Notes: a model not told the origin generated them from the sequence alone. A DNA stretch of 64,000 bases from an uncultured Candidatus Berkelbacteria bacterium (GCA_963698075.1 OY969116.1:670131-734130); one strand, 5' to 3'. Counted from the stretch's first letter, positions 8,382-17,690 are shown. Program-made: numbers and translations.

Positions 8382-9251
8382 CTATTCTTTAACAACCTCT
8401 TTTAAATATTTTTTAAACTCCTCTTTTAGATCTTCTCTTTGAAGTCCAAATTCCACGTTGGCTTTAAGATACTCCAGCTTGTTGCCGGTGTCGTAATATT
8501 TTCCGTTTTCAATCTCCCGGGCGTAAATTTTGTGGTTTTTCTTTAAGACATTAATACCATCAACCAGCCAAATTTCTCCTCCCTTGCCGGCCCTGAGATT
8601 TTTCAAAGCCGCAAAAATATCTGGGGTTAAAATATAGGCTCCATGAGTTGCCAGGTTTGATGGAGCTTTGTCCGGTTCGGGTTTTTCGACAATTTCTTCA
8701 ATTTCAAAAATTTTATCTTCAACCGGCTTGACTTTAGCAATGCCATATTTATTTAAATAATCTTTGCGTACGCGGACTGCCGAAATAACGGGATCTTTGA
8801 ACTTATCAAAAACTTCAATCATTTGTTTAAGGCGCGGCGGTTCGGCATAGATAAATTCATCACCCCAAAGCACGGCGAAGGGCTCGTTACCAATAATCGG
8901 TTCGGCATTTAAAACCGGGGTGGCATTGCCGTAAGGTCCTTTCTGGCGGATATAAATAAAGTTAGCTAGTCTGGCAATCCTGCGGATTTCTTCCAATTGC
9001 TCTAATTTTCCGCACTTTTCTAAATAATTTTCTAATTCTAAAGTATGATCAAAATGATCTTCGATCGCCCGCTTGTTATAACCGGTGACAATGATAATAT
9101 CCTCAATCCCGGAGGCAATTGCTTCCTCAACGACATATTGAATCACCGGCTTATCGATGATCGGTAACATCTCTTTGGGCGAGGCTTTGGTCATCGGCAA
9201 AAACCGCGTGCCGTAGCCCGCCGCTGGGATAACTGCTTTGCGAATTTTCAT
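8382..9251 (-). CDS. galU: UTP--glucose-1-phosphate uridylyltransferase
   Basis: N-terminus KAVIPAAGYGTRFLPMTKASPKEMLPIIDKPVIQYVVEEA is the canonical GalU signature. Confidence 0.85.
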   Translation of the reverse strand: MKIRKAVIPAAGYGTRFLPMTKASPKEMLPIIDKPVIQYVVEEAIASGIEDIIIVTGYNKRAIEDHFDHTLELENYLEKCGKLEQLEEIRRIARLANFIYIRQKGPYGNATPVLNAEPIIGNEPFAVLWGDEFIYAEPPRLKQMIEVFDKFKDPVISAVRVRKDYLNKYGIAKVKPVEDKIFEIEEIVEKPEPDKAPSNLATHGAYILTPDIFAALKNLRAGKGGEIWLVDGINVLKKNHKIYAREIENGKYYDTGNKLEYLKANVEFGLQREDLKEEFKKYLKEVVKE

Positions 9252-9256
9252 AAAAA

Positions 9257-9646
9257 TTACCCTTCGGTTTTTACTTCAATCGTTTTGACTTTGGTTTTTT
9301 CCTGTTTGGGGATGGTAATCGTCAGAATTCCATTTTTGAGTGAGGCTTGAGCCTTGTCGCCAATCACCGGCACGGGCAGGACATACGCTCGGGAGAAACC
9401 TCCCCAATAACATTCTTGACAAAGATAATTTTCTCGTTTGACCTCTGATTCTTCTTTTCTTTCGCCTTTGATATTGACGACCTCATCAGTTATTGAGATT
9501 TCTAAATCCTCCGGTCTAACACCGGCAATGGGAGCTTTTAAAACAACATTATCATCATTTTGGTAAACATCAACCGCCAATTGCCCTTCGGTTTCTTCCA
9601 TCCAATCGGGATTATTCGGCGTACTAATTGATTGATCTTCAGCCAT
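9257..9646 (-). CDS. Hsp20/alpha-crystallin family small heat-shock protein
   Basis: Alpha-crystallin domain (VDVYQNDDNVVLKAPIAGVRPEDLEISI...GILTITIPK). Strong SD AAGGAGG. Confidence 0.85.
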   Translation of the reverse strand: MAEDQSISTPNNPDWMEETEGQLAVDVYQNDDNVVLKAPIAGVRPEDLEISITDEVVNIKGERKEESEVKRENYLCQECYWGGFSRAYVLPVPVIGDKAQASLKNGILTITIPKQEKTKVKTIEVKTEG

Positions 9647-9696
9647 AAGACCTCCTTAAATTAGTTTTATCAATCTTAGTATAATCTTCGCAAGAA

Positions 9697-9712
9697 GTTT
9701 TCGTCAAGCTTG
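9697..9712. promoter_or_regulatory. divergent promoter core: 12-bp perfect palindrome GTCAAGCTTGAC providing back-to-back TTGAC(A/G) -35 elements
   Basis: Plus strand: TTGACA at 9706-9711. Minus strand: TTGACG-18 bp-TATACT upstream of hsp20. The palindrome itself was seen directly in the sequence. Confidence 0.4.
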
Positions 9713-9756
9713 ACAAATTTTTTCTCTCAAAGGACAATGGATTAGAGAGGAGGAAG

Positions 9757-11172
9757 TTGTTTAAACTTCGATTTATTTTGATGATGGGCTTGATCATATC
9801 GGTCTCCGGAGGGATAGTTCTTGGTAATCCTCACAAAGCTCAGGCCTACAATCCTAACAACTTAATCTCGGACGCCGAATTTCTGGATTGGCGAACTCTT
9901 GATGCTGACGGTGTTCAAAGTTTTCTTAATACTAAGGGAGGAACGAGACTTCGAACTTTTCGTGAAGGCGGCCGCACCGCCGCGCAAATTATTGCCACGG
10001 CGGCCAGAGCCAACGGTATTAATCCCTTTGTGATTTTGGCGACCATTCAAAAAGAAGAAAGCTTAATTGAATCAAACACCAATTTTGACTATCGTGTCCG
10101 TTGGGCCATGGGTTATGGCATTTGTGATGGTTGTGATTCCAACGACCCGGCGCTGCAAAAATATGCCGGGTTCACTAATCAGGTTTACAACGGCACCTGG
10201 CAATTAAAACGCAATTACAGTTATTGGGCATCTTTCGGAGCTTATAAAGTTGGCAATACGATGATTATTGATGGCGCGGCTGTTCATTTGGACAATCGGG
10301 CAACTTCAGCCCTTTATCGTTATACGCCCCATCTTCATGGTAATGAAAGTTTTGTCGGAATTTATAGTCGTTATAAAACTTATCGCCCACCGGCGACCTA
10401 TGATGCCAAGCTTATTTCCCAAGTACCGCGCGCCAATTACACTGCCCGGCCCGGTCAAAAGATATTAATGGTGGTCAATTATCGTAATCTCGGCACCGCG
10501 GTTTGGTCTAAAACCGGCGCCAACCCGATGCACCTCGGTAACTATGGTCCTATGGACCGCGGGTCAATCTTTACTGGCGGCGGCAATGTTCGCTGGGAAA
10601 TGGTTCAATCCCTTGTCAGACGAAATGGGGTAGGCACCTTCAGGATTTACTTTACGGCGCCCCAACAATCAGGCGTTTATGTCGAAACATTCCGGCCAGT
10701 GATGGAAGGCGTGACCTGGATGGGCAATGAGGTTTCCTATGTCATAAATGTTGGCGGAGTACCGGTTAATCAAACTGGAAAAACAAATCTTAATTCAAAT
10801 CCTAATACGAGCCCCGAAAGTTATAACGCCCAGTTATATAAGCAAGTTGGCACAACGCAAATGATTGCTGGTAGGAGCCAGACAATTTTTGTTTACTATC
10901 GCAACACTGGTAGTTCCACCTGGTATAAAAGCGGCGCTAATCCCACTTATCTCGGCAATTCCTCTCCTCAAGATCGAACCAGTGTTTTTACTGGTGGAAA
11001 TATTCGTTGGCAATTGGTCCAATCCGCTGTTGCCCCCGGTCAACTTGGCCTTTTTAAAATTACCATCACCGCCCCCAAAGAGAAAGGTAATTATACGGAA
11101 AAATTCCGTCCGCTAGTTGAAAATAAGACATGGATGGGAAACGAAGTTACCTTTAATTTCACCGTTAAATAA
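9757..11172 (+). CDS. secreted protein with two tandem ~115-aa beta-rich (Ig/NBR1-like) repeats
   Basis: Signal peptide. Internal repeats (YDAKLISQVPRANYTARPGQ...WMGNEVSYVINV and YNAQLYKQVGTTQMIAGRSQ...WMGNEVTFNFTV). SD GAGGAGG. Confidence 0.5.
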   Translation: MFKLRFILMMGLIISVSGGIVLGNPHKAQAYNPNNLISDAEFLDWRTLDADGVQSFLNTKGGTRLRTFREGGRTAAQIIATAARANGINPFVILATIQKEESLIESNTNFDYRVRWAMGYGICDGCDSNDPALQKYAGFTNQVYNGTWQLKRNYSYWASFGAYKVGNTMIIDGAAVHLDNRATSALYRYTPHLHGNESFVGIYSRYKTYRPPATYDAKLISQVPRANYTARPGQKILMVVNYRNLGTAVWSKTGANPMHLGNYGPMDRGSIFTGGGNVRWEMVQSLVRRNGVGTFRIYFTAPQQSGVYVETFRPVMEGVTWMGNEVSYVINVGGVPVNQTGKTNLNSNPNTSPESYNAQLYKQVGTTQMIAGRSQTIFVYYRNTGSSTWYKSGANPTYLGNSSPQDRTSVFTGGNIRWQLVQSAVAPGQLGLFKITITAPKEKGNYTEKFRPLVENKTWMGNEVTFNFTVK

Positions 11173-11249
11173 GAAATCATTATTGAAATTTGTTTGATTG
11201 TGCTAAGATAAGGTGCTAAAAGGCATCAGTTTAATTGTGAAAGGCTGGC

Positions 11250-12407
11250 ATGAATATTGGGATTGCCGCCAATTGTATAGTTTTCGAAAAAGCCGGCATT
11301 GGTAAATATGCCCAGAATCTATTAAAGCATCTGTTTGAGATTGATCGGAAAAATCATTATTTTTTATATTTCACTTTTATTCGCCATCGCCAAGAGCGAG
11401 AAAAAAGGATTCGACAAATTTTAGGCGATCATCAAAATGTGACAATTAAAATTTATTCTTTGCCAGCCGCTTGGTTGGACTATCTAACCACAACATTGCT
11501 ACCTCTTAATGGTTTAATCAATGATTCACTCGATCTTTTTTTCGCTCCGTATGTTTCAGGAATTCCTAAAGTGTTTGGCAAAACTCCGCCAAAGATGGTT
11601 TTCACTTGCCATGATTTGGTTTTTTTAAGATACCCCGAGCACCGCGGACCAAAATTATCTAAATATTATCTCAAAAGACATCAAATCGCTATCTCAAGGA
11701 GTCAAAAAATCATTGTTCCATCAGAGGCGACCAAAAAAGACCTCAAAAGATTTTTAGACGTACGGTCAAAAAAAATAGTCCGTATTCCCGAGGCAGCCGA
11801 TAAACGATTTCGTCCGATCAAGGATAAAAAACAAATTAAGCCAATCATCGGCCGTTATTTCGACCCCAAAATTAAATATATTCTCTCCGTTGGCACCCTT
11901 GAACCGCGAAAAAATCTTGCCAAATTGGTGGAAGCCTATTCTCTTCTGCCACATCATCTCTTAAGAGATTATCACCTGGTGTTGGTGGGCGGCCAAGGAT
12001 GGAACAACAATCAGTTAGAAAAGACGATTGCTAATTTAAATCTGAAAAACCGGGTAATTTTGCCTGGTTTTGTCAAAGATGAAGATTTGCCGTATATTTA
12101 TAATGGAGCGAGCATTTTTGTTTATCCGGCTTTGTATGAGGGCTTTGGCCTCCCGCCCTTGGAGGCAATGGCTTGTGGCTTGCCAGTTATTGTTTCTAAT
12201 AATTCATCTTTACCAGAGGTCGTCAATAACGCCGGGACTTTAATTAATCCTCAAAACGAAGAGCAAATTGCCGCGGCAATTAAGAAAATTATTTTAAGGC
12301 CCAAATTAGCCAAAAAATTGGCGCAAAGAGGCGAGGCTAGGGCCAAAAAATATTCTTGGCAAAAAACCGCTAAAGCCACGCTGAAGGTTTTCGAGAGTTT
12401 AACTTAA
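11250..12407 (+). CDS. glycosyltransferase family 4 (GT-B fold)
   Basis: C-terminal [29 protein letters not shown] motif. GRL..KN box. Confidence 0.8.
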   Translation: MNIGIAANCIVFEKAGIGKYAQNLLKHLFEIDRKNHYFLYFTFIRHRQEREKRIRQILGDHQNVTIKIYSLPAAWLDYLTTTLLPLNGLINDSLDLFFAPYVSGIPKVFGKTPPKMVFTCHDLVFLRYPEHRGPKLSKYYLKRHQIAISRSQKIIVPSEATKKDLKRFLDVRSKKIVRIPEAADKRFRPIKDKKQIKPIIGRYFDPKIKYILSVGTLEPRKNLAKLVEAYSLLPHHLLRDYHLVLVGGQGWNNNQLEKTIANLNLKNRVILPGFVKDEDLPYIYNGASIFVYPALYEGFGLPPLEAMACGLPVIVSNNSSLPEVVNNAGTLINPQNEEQIAAAIKKIILRPKLAKKLAQRGEARAKKYSWQKTAKATLKVFESLT

Positions 12408-12423
12408 TCATAAAGAGGGGAAG

Positions 12424-13968
12424 GTGTTTCAAAATCAAACTTTCAAAAAATTTTTCAATTCTGACTGGAAGATTGGGATTTTTCTTTTTTTAATTGCGGC
12501 CGCCATCCGCATGATTCCGGAAATCAAAGCCGGCATTTGGCCAATTGGCTATGATACCTTCAATACTTATGCCGCCGAACTCGCCACCTATAACGGACCG
12601 CTCGTCAATTGGATTAAGACCGCGAATATTTTGTATTTTTTCTTTTTACCTTTTAAGGCCGCTGGTCTTTCGCCGGATCTGATTATGAAAATTTCCGGAC
12701 CTCTTATTTATGGTGGTCTTATAACAAGTTTTTTTGTTTTTGCCCGGCGATTCTTGAAATTCTCATTTCTTAAAGCTTTTCTTTTGACGGCCTTGACCAT
12801 TTTTCAATTAGCTAGCTTAAGAATCAGCTGGGATCTCTATCGTAATGAGCTCGGTCTTATCTTTCTATTTTTGGGGCTAATCTATTTACCAAAACTGAAC
12901 GAAACTAAAAATTTAATCATTTTTTCTATTTTTGCAACGCTTGTCACTTTTTCCAATGAATTAGTGACAGTTTTACTCCTGGTGATTCTTTTGGTTTATT
13001 CTGGCTATTATTTAGTCAAACAACGTTGGGAACAGTTAGTCTCTGTTCTTATTCCTTTAATGATTGTTGCTACCCTTTTTGTCGTTGTTATTAGTTCTTC
13101 CGGGCAAGTTCTTTATAATTCTCACGTCTTTTTTGCCTCCCAGAAGAATTATTTTTGGCGCTACTTTTATCATTATAATCTTGATATGCCTTACAGTCTT
13201 TTGAAAGAAATTATCTTAAGCCTTTTTTGGTTGCTCTTTGGTTATCTTTTACCTTTCGCTATCATTGGTTTCTGGCGATTAAGAAAAAATCTCGTTTTGA
13301 CAGTGATGACTGGCTGGTTACTCATTAGTACCTTTTCCTCTTTGATTTTTTTGGGCAACGGCTTAATGGTTTGGGAGCGTTGGATGTTTATGCTCATCTT
13401 TCCCTTTGTCATTTATACCATCGAAGGAATGTTTTTTGTCGGTTCCCTTTTGGGTGGTCTTAAAAAATGGGCCGAAAAAAAACAAAAATTTGCCTATTTG
13501 TTGGCAGTGGTTTTTTGGGTGGTAACCTTCGGATTTTTTATTGGCAAAAGCTGGCCATTCTTAACCGCTGATTACCGTCAGGCCAAACCCCCGCTTGCCA
13601 ACGATGAATTAAACAGTTATTTTCCCAGAACCATGGTTCATAGTTCACTCGAGATATGGCTTATTCCCGATACCGTAGCAGCAATTAAATGGCTCGATCA
13701 GCATGCCCCGGCGGGCTCAGTTATTTTGGTTGATAATCGCTATCGAGGAATGATGTTAACCAATTTTAGTATTGATGATCGCTATATCATTACCAATGAA
13801 TGGTCTAATACCATTCAAAGTAGCGCTTTGGACCTGGCTAAAAAAAGTAATTATTGGCCAATCTATCTTATCTGGAATATCTCACGTTCAATTCCGGATT
13901 TTGATCGCGTTTACAACGCCGGTGACCGCGGTATTTATCAAGCTTTGCCCTCTTTTCGTAATCAATGA
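12424..13968 (+). CDS. polytopic membrane protein (>=10 TM) with C-terminal soluble domain; possible GT-C-type glycosyltransferase
   Basis: Many hydrophobic helices. GTG start with SD. Family not recognised. Confidence 0.4.
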   Translation: MFQNQTFKKFFNSDWKIGIFLFLIAAAIRMIPEIKAGIWPIGYDTFNTYAAELATYNGPLVNWIKTANILYFFFLPFKAAGLSPDLIMKISGPLIYGGLITSFFVFARRFLKFSFLKAFLLTALTIFQLASLRISWDLYRNELGLIFLFLGLIYLPKLNETKNLIIFSIFATLVTFSNELVTVLLLVILLVYSGYYLVKQRWEQLVSVLIPLMIVATLFVVVISSSGQVLYNSHVFFASQKNYFWRYFYHYNLDMPYSLLKEIILSLFWLLFGYLLPFAIIGFWRLRKNLVLTVMTGWLLISTFSSLIFLGNGLMVWERWMFMLIFPFVIYTIEGMFFVGSLLGGLKKWAEKKQKFAYLLAVVFWVVTFGFFIGKSWPFLTADYRQAKPPLANDELNSYFPRTMVHSSLEIWLIPDTVAAIKWLDQHAPAGSVILVDNRYRGMMLTNFSIDDRYIITNEWSNTIQSSALDLAKKSNYWPIYLIWNISRSIPDFDRVYNAGDRGIYQALPSFRNQ

Positions 13969-14669
13969 TTGTCAAAGTAAAAGAATTTTTTCTTGACCTC
14001 CTTTTTCCTCGATTTTGTATTGATTGCGGTAAAGAAGACGAATGGTTGTGTTCTCTCTGTAAGAATAAAATTCTCAGGGCGAAGACTCAAGTATGTCCAG
14101 AGTGTGGCCGGATCTCTCGGTTTGGTCGATATTGTCGCCGACACCAAAAACGATGGGGACTTTCGGGAATCATCGTCGCTGCTTACTATGAGGAAGGACC
14201 AATCAAAGAGGCCATTCATAATTTCAAATACAATCACATTTTGGAAATGAAAGATATTTTAGGCGAAGTCTTGGCAGAATCATTAAAGGATAATCTCGAC
14301 ATTGCCAAAGATATCTTGGTCACCGCCGTGCCTTTACATTTTCTTCGTCAAGCTCAACGTGGCTATAATCAGTCAGAACTTCTAGCAGACTATGTTGCCG
14401 ATAAATTGAAATTACCAAAAAACTTTCACATTTTAAAGAAAATGCGCTGGACGAAACCACAGGTTCAATTAGGAGGCAAAAAAAGATTAAAAAATCTTAC
14501 CAATTCGTATAAAATTTTTAAAAAATTTGACCCAAATTTTATTCGTCGAAAAACAATTATTCTTGTTGATGATGTCACCACCACCGGCACTACTTTAAAC
14601 GAATGTGCTAAAGTTTTACGCGCCGCTGGTGCCAGAAGAGTTTGGGGCCTGGTGGTGGCCAAAGGATAG
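13965..14669 (+). CDS. comF: ComF-family protein (phosphoribosyltransferase domain)
   Basis: N-terminal double CxxC zinc finger. C-terminal PRTase motif IILVDDVTTTGTTLNE. Confidence 0.8.
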   Translation: MIVKVKEFFLDLLFPRFCIDCGKEDEWLCSLCKNKILRAKTQVCPECGRISRFGRYCRRHQKRWGLSGIIVAAYYEEGPIKEAIHNFKYNHILEMKDILGEVLAESLKDNLDIAKDILVTAVPLHFLRQAQRGYNQSELLADYVADKLKLPKNFHILKKMRWTKPQVQLGGKKRLKNLTNSYKIFKKFDPNFIRRKTIILVDDVTTTGTTLNECAKVLRAAGARRVWGLVVAKG

Positions 14670-14723
14670 AAAAAGTAATTAGTATTAAGTTATCGATTAT
14701 CAGTATGCATTAGTATAAGAAAG

Positions 14724-14746
14724 GGGCGGGACGTGACGTCCCGCCC
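14724..14746 (-). terminator. rho-independent terminator of the small GC-rich minus-strand gene
   Basis: GGGCGGGACGTCACGTCCCGCCC palindrome followed by a T-rich tract on the minus strand. Confidence 0.6.
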
Positions 14747-14783
14747 TTGTGAGGCGATGGTGTCATTCGCGCTGTGCGAGCAG

Positions 14784-15020
14784 CTACGATTCCGAGAGTA
14801 GTTCGTTGACCTCGTTGATTGCCCGCACGATCTTCTCGTGCATGTCGGCCGGGCTCTCCGATAGTGCCTTCTGAAGGGCTTCTTCTCTCGGCATCCCGTC
14901 GGCGACGGCCTCGAAGTAAATCGCCATCTCGCGCGCGATTTTGCCCTCCTCCTCGGCGGCGGCTCCCAGCTCATCCAGCCACTTCTGTGCATCCGGCGGC
15001 GGCGACTGGCAGGAAGACAT
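14784..15020 (-). CDS. small acidic helical protein (79 aa), GC-rich cassette, unknown function
   Basis: SD GAAAGGA 6 nt before the ATG at 15020 (the ORF track's upstream M at 15056 lacks an SD). Own terminator. High-GC composition contrasts with the flanks. Confidence 0.35.
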   Translation of the reverse strand: MSSCQSPPPDAQKWLDELGAAAEEEGKIAREMAIYFEAVADGMPREEALQKALSESPADMHEKIVRAINEVNELLSES

Positions 15021-15123
15021 GGCACATCCTTTCTTGCGGAAAAGATAGAGACGCAACGCTTGCGCTTAACAAGAACATAGCATATTAATAAAAAATGATC
15101 AATAGAATAAAATAACTAATTTC

Positions 15124-15172
15124 TAATGTCTAATCTTGGACATTTAAGCATTTAGAATTTCATTAGACATTA
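15124..15172. repeat. 12-bp perfect inverted repeat CTAATGTCTAAT / ATTAGACATTAG separated by 24 bp, in a divergent intergenic region
   Basis: Seen directly in the sequence. GACATTT-like words recur three times. Candidate operator. Confidence 0.3.
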
Positions 15173-15184
15173 GGGCTTAGAAAT

Positions 15185-15214
15185 TTGACATTTACTCAAG
15201 AGCGTGTTTACTAT
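15185..15214 (+). promoter_or_regulatory. candidate promoter TTGACA-18 bp-TACTAT ending about 8 nt before the ATG (near-leaderless transcript)
   Basis: Consensus -35. Acceptable -10. No SD precedes the ATG at 15223. Confidence 0.3.
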
Positions 15215-15222
15215 TAAATCCT

Positions 15223-16554
15223 ATGAAGATATCCCCAAAAACAACCAAAATTGCCATTTGTGGTTTGGGATATGTTGGTTTTCCAGTGGCTTTGCTATTT
15301 GCCAAGGCTGGTTTCACGGTTGTGGGCATTGATGTCAATGAGGAAAAAATTCGAAAAATCATTCGCGGCGGCAATCCAATCGAAGGCAAAGAACCAGGGC
15401 TTAAAGAATTGATTAATTTTATTCGCAAACAAGGCCGGTTTGCGGCGACGGTTGAACCCGCTGCCTATCAGGAAGCTGACGTGATTATCGTGGCGGTGGA
15501 AACCCCGGTTGAAGAGGAAACCCACGAACCCGCTTATCGGGCCTTGAAAGCCGCCTTGCGGACCATTGGTCGTAATCTTAAAAAAGATGTTTTAATCATC
15601 ATTGAATCAACGATTGCGCCGCAAACAATGGCCAAAGTTGTCCAGCCGATTTTGGAAGAAGAATCTGGTTTAACCACCGGCCAAGATTTTCTACTGGCGA
15701 ATTGTCCGGAACGCCTGATGCCGGGACACTTGATCGAAAACATCATCAATTACAATCGTGCCATCGGCGCCGAGGATCAAAAAACCGCCGAATTGACGAG
15801 ATCGCTTTACAAATACATTGTGCGTGGAAAACTCGAGACCACGAATTGGGTGACGGCGGAGGTGGTCAAAGCCGGGGAAAATGCTTATCGCGACGTTCAA
15901 ATTGCTTTTGCCAACGAAATGGCTTTACTTTCTGAGGCCGTTGGCGCCAACGTTTGGGAGGTTCGTTATTTAATTAATGAATGTAAGCGCCGTGGAGAAA
16001 CAAGATTTGAAGCCCTCAGGCAAATGCATCTTCCTGGCGCCGGCGTCGGCGGTCATTGCCTGCCCAAGGATTCTTGGCTTTTAGTTTATGGCGCCCGAGA
16101 TTTAATCGAGCCCAAACTTATTCCTTTAGCACGGCGGATCAATAATTTTATGCCCCGCCATATGACTGAGCTTTTAAAAGATGCCTTTCGTCAAATCGAA
16201 AAACCTATCGTCAAGAGCAAAATTGCCGTTTTGGGTTACGCTTATGCTGGCAATTCTGATGATAGCCGCAACACCCCCACCGAAGAATTGCTGAAGATCT
16301 TGAAAAATTCAGAAGCCAGCATCGTTATCCATGACTCTTATATCAAAGAATACAAAGTCTCCCTCGATAAAGCCCTCAAGGGGGCGCAGGCGCTCGTCTT
16401 GATGGCTGATCATGACCAATACAAAAAACTAAGTTACAATAAACTTAAGCGGCTAATGAAAAAAAATCCCATTATTATTGACGGCCGCAATTGTTTCAAT
16501 AAAGAAAAAATTCAACTGGCAGGATTCATCTATATGGGAGTGGGAAATATCTGA
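15223..16554 (+). CDS. UDP-N-acetyl-D-glucosamine/mannosamine 6-dehydrogenase (WbpA/WecC-type nucleotide-sugar dehydrogenase)
   Basis: N-terminal Rossmann motif IAICGLGYVGFPVA. Catalytic GGHCLPKD motif. Size 443 aa. Confidence 0.8.
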   Translation: MKISPKTTKIAICGLGYVGFPVALLFAKAGFTVVGIDVNEEKIRKIIRGGNPIEGKEPGLKELINFIRKQGRFAATVEPAAYQEADVIIVAVETPVEEETHEPAYRALKAALRTIGRNLKKDVLIIIESTIAPQTMAKVVQPILEEESGLTTGQDFLLANCPERLMPGHLIENIINYNRAIGAEDQKTAELTRSLYKYIVRGKLETTNWVTAEVVKAGENAYRDVQIAFANEMALLSEAVGANVWEVRYLINECKRRGETRFEALRQMHLPGAGVGGHCLPKDSWLLVYGARDLIEPKLIPLARRINNFMPRHMTELLKDAFRQIEKPIVKSKIAVLGYAYAGNSDDSRNTPTEELLKILKNSEASIVIHDSYIKEYKVSLDKALKGAQALVLMADHDQYKKLSYNKLKRLMKKNPIIIDGRNCFNKEKIQLAGFIYMGVGNI

Positions 16555-16563
16555 GGAGGAAAA

Positions 16564-17571
16564 TTGAAATTATTGGCTCCGGCTAATCCAGGGGAACTAT
16601 CGGATCGCGAGCGTTGGTTTAAAATGCCCGAAGCAAGAAAATTAGCCCAACAAAAAAGGGTAATATTCGGGATTGAGATGAAGGGACCGCTGGAAAATAT
16701 CCAAGAAGCCCCACCCGTATATTGGGGTTTACATCTGCCCGATACGCTGGCGACCGAATGGTACTACCATCCCGCTAGAAGAGAGGCGATGACGAGGGAG
16801 GTCGAGCGGGTGGCAAAACTTAAACCCGCTTATGCGGTTTTGCACGGTATCCATCTTCTCTGGCACCCACCAACAAGAGAGTATATTCAGCGTTACGCTA
16901 ATCGCAGCGATGCCGCAGAATATCTCAAAATCCTTGACGAAAATATTAAATTCATCCAAAGAATTAAAACAATTCTGCCTATAAGGATCGAAAATTTCCC
17001 TCTTTATAATTATTACCAAAAAGATGGTGAATTTTTGCCGGAAACTTATCTTTATACGGGCATTGGCCGCCTTAATGATTTATTTTATCTTAAACAAAAA
17101 ACCGGAGTCGACATTTTATTGGATCTTGAGCATTTGATTTTAACGATTAATTTTCTCAATCGCCGGCGCAATTATCATAAACTACCCAAAGAAAATCCTG
17201 GCAAGTTGAAAAGGGAAGAAAAAACCGCCAAGGATATCTTCGGCTTTTATCTGAAGAAAAATTTGATTCCTTATGCGGATGAGGAGATTAAAATGGAAAA
17301 GATAATCAAAAAAATCGGGGCTAAATTTTATCACCTGACTGGCTCAGTTCAAGATGTCATTCCTGGCAAAAAAATTATCACTCATGGCCCGATTAAAATT
17401 TCTGACAAAACTTTTCGGAAAAATTTGCGGTCGATTCTTGCTCAAAAACCTGAAGTATTGGTGGTGGAGACCGCCAGCTTTGCCGACTCTAATGCCTGGA
17501 AACATCTTCGTCCCAACGAAACCGAGATTTCGTTTAATAACTTGTGTGAGATTTTGTTAGAAGAACTCTAA
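16564..17571 (+). CDS. TIM-barrel-like (xylose isomerase / AP-endonuclease-2-like) hypothetical protein, paralog 1 (AT-rich copy)
   Basis: Shares the motifs G(I/F)xxKG, WxxH(L/P), (L/V)xIHxxxx, D.EH...T.NF and (I/L)xH.G with the next two genes. TTG start after a GAGGAGGA SD. Confidence 0.45.
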   Translation: MKLLAPANPGELSDRERWFKMPEARKLAQQKRVIFGIEMKGPLENIQEAPPVYWGLHLPDTLATEWYYHPARREAMTREVERVAKLKPAYAVLHGIHLLWHPPTREYIQRYANRSDAAEYLKILDENIKFIQRIKTILPIRIENFPLYNYYQKDGEFLPETYLYTGIGRLNDLFYLKQKTGVDILLDLEHLILTINFLNRRRNYHKLPKENPGKLKREEKTAKDIFGFYLKKNLIPYADEEIKMEKIIKKIGAKFYHLTGSVQDVIPGKKIITHGPIKISDKTFRKNLRSILAQKPEVLVVETASFADSNAWKHLRPNETEISFNNLCEILLEEL

Positions 17572-17605
17572 TCCGACGAATCTTTTCACTCATTAGTCAC
17601 GAATT

Positions 17606-17634
17606 GGGGTCGAATTCTCGGCCCGTTTTTGTTT
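17606..17634 (+). terminator. rho-independent terminator GGGGUCGAAUUCUCGGCCCG + U5
   Basis: 7-bp stem including one G-U pair, 4-nt loop, then a T-run. A near-identical copy lies at 18909-18941. Confidence 0.6.
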
Positions 17635-17653
17635 ACCCTGAGCCAAGTCGAAG

Positions 17654-17690
17654 GGTTGACAATTATTAGACAATGATGTTAATCTAAAAT
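17654..17690 (+). promoter_or_regulatory. candidate promoter TTGACA-17 bp-TTAATC upstream of paralog 2
   Basis: Consensus -35 and a weak -10. Followed by an AAGGAGGA SD. Confidence 0.3.
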
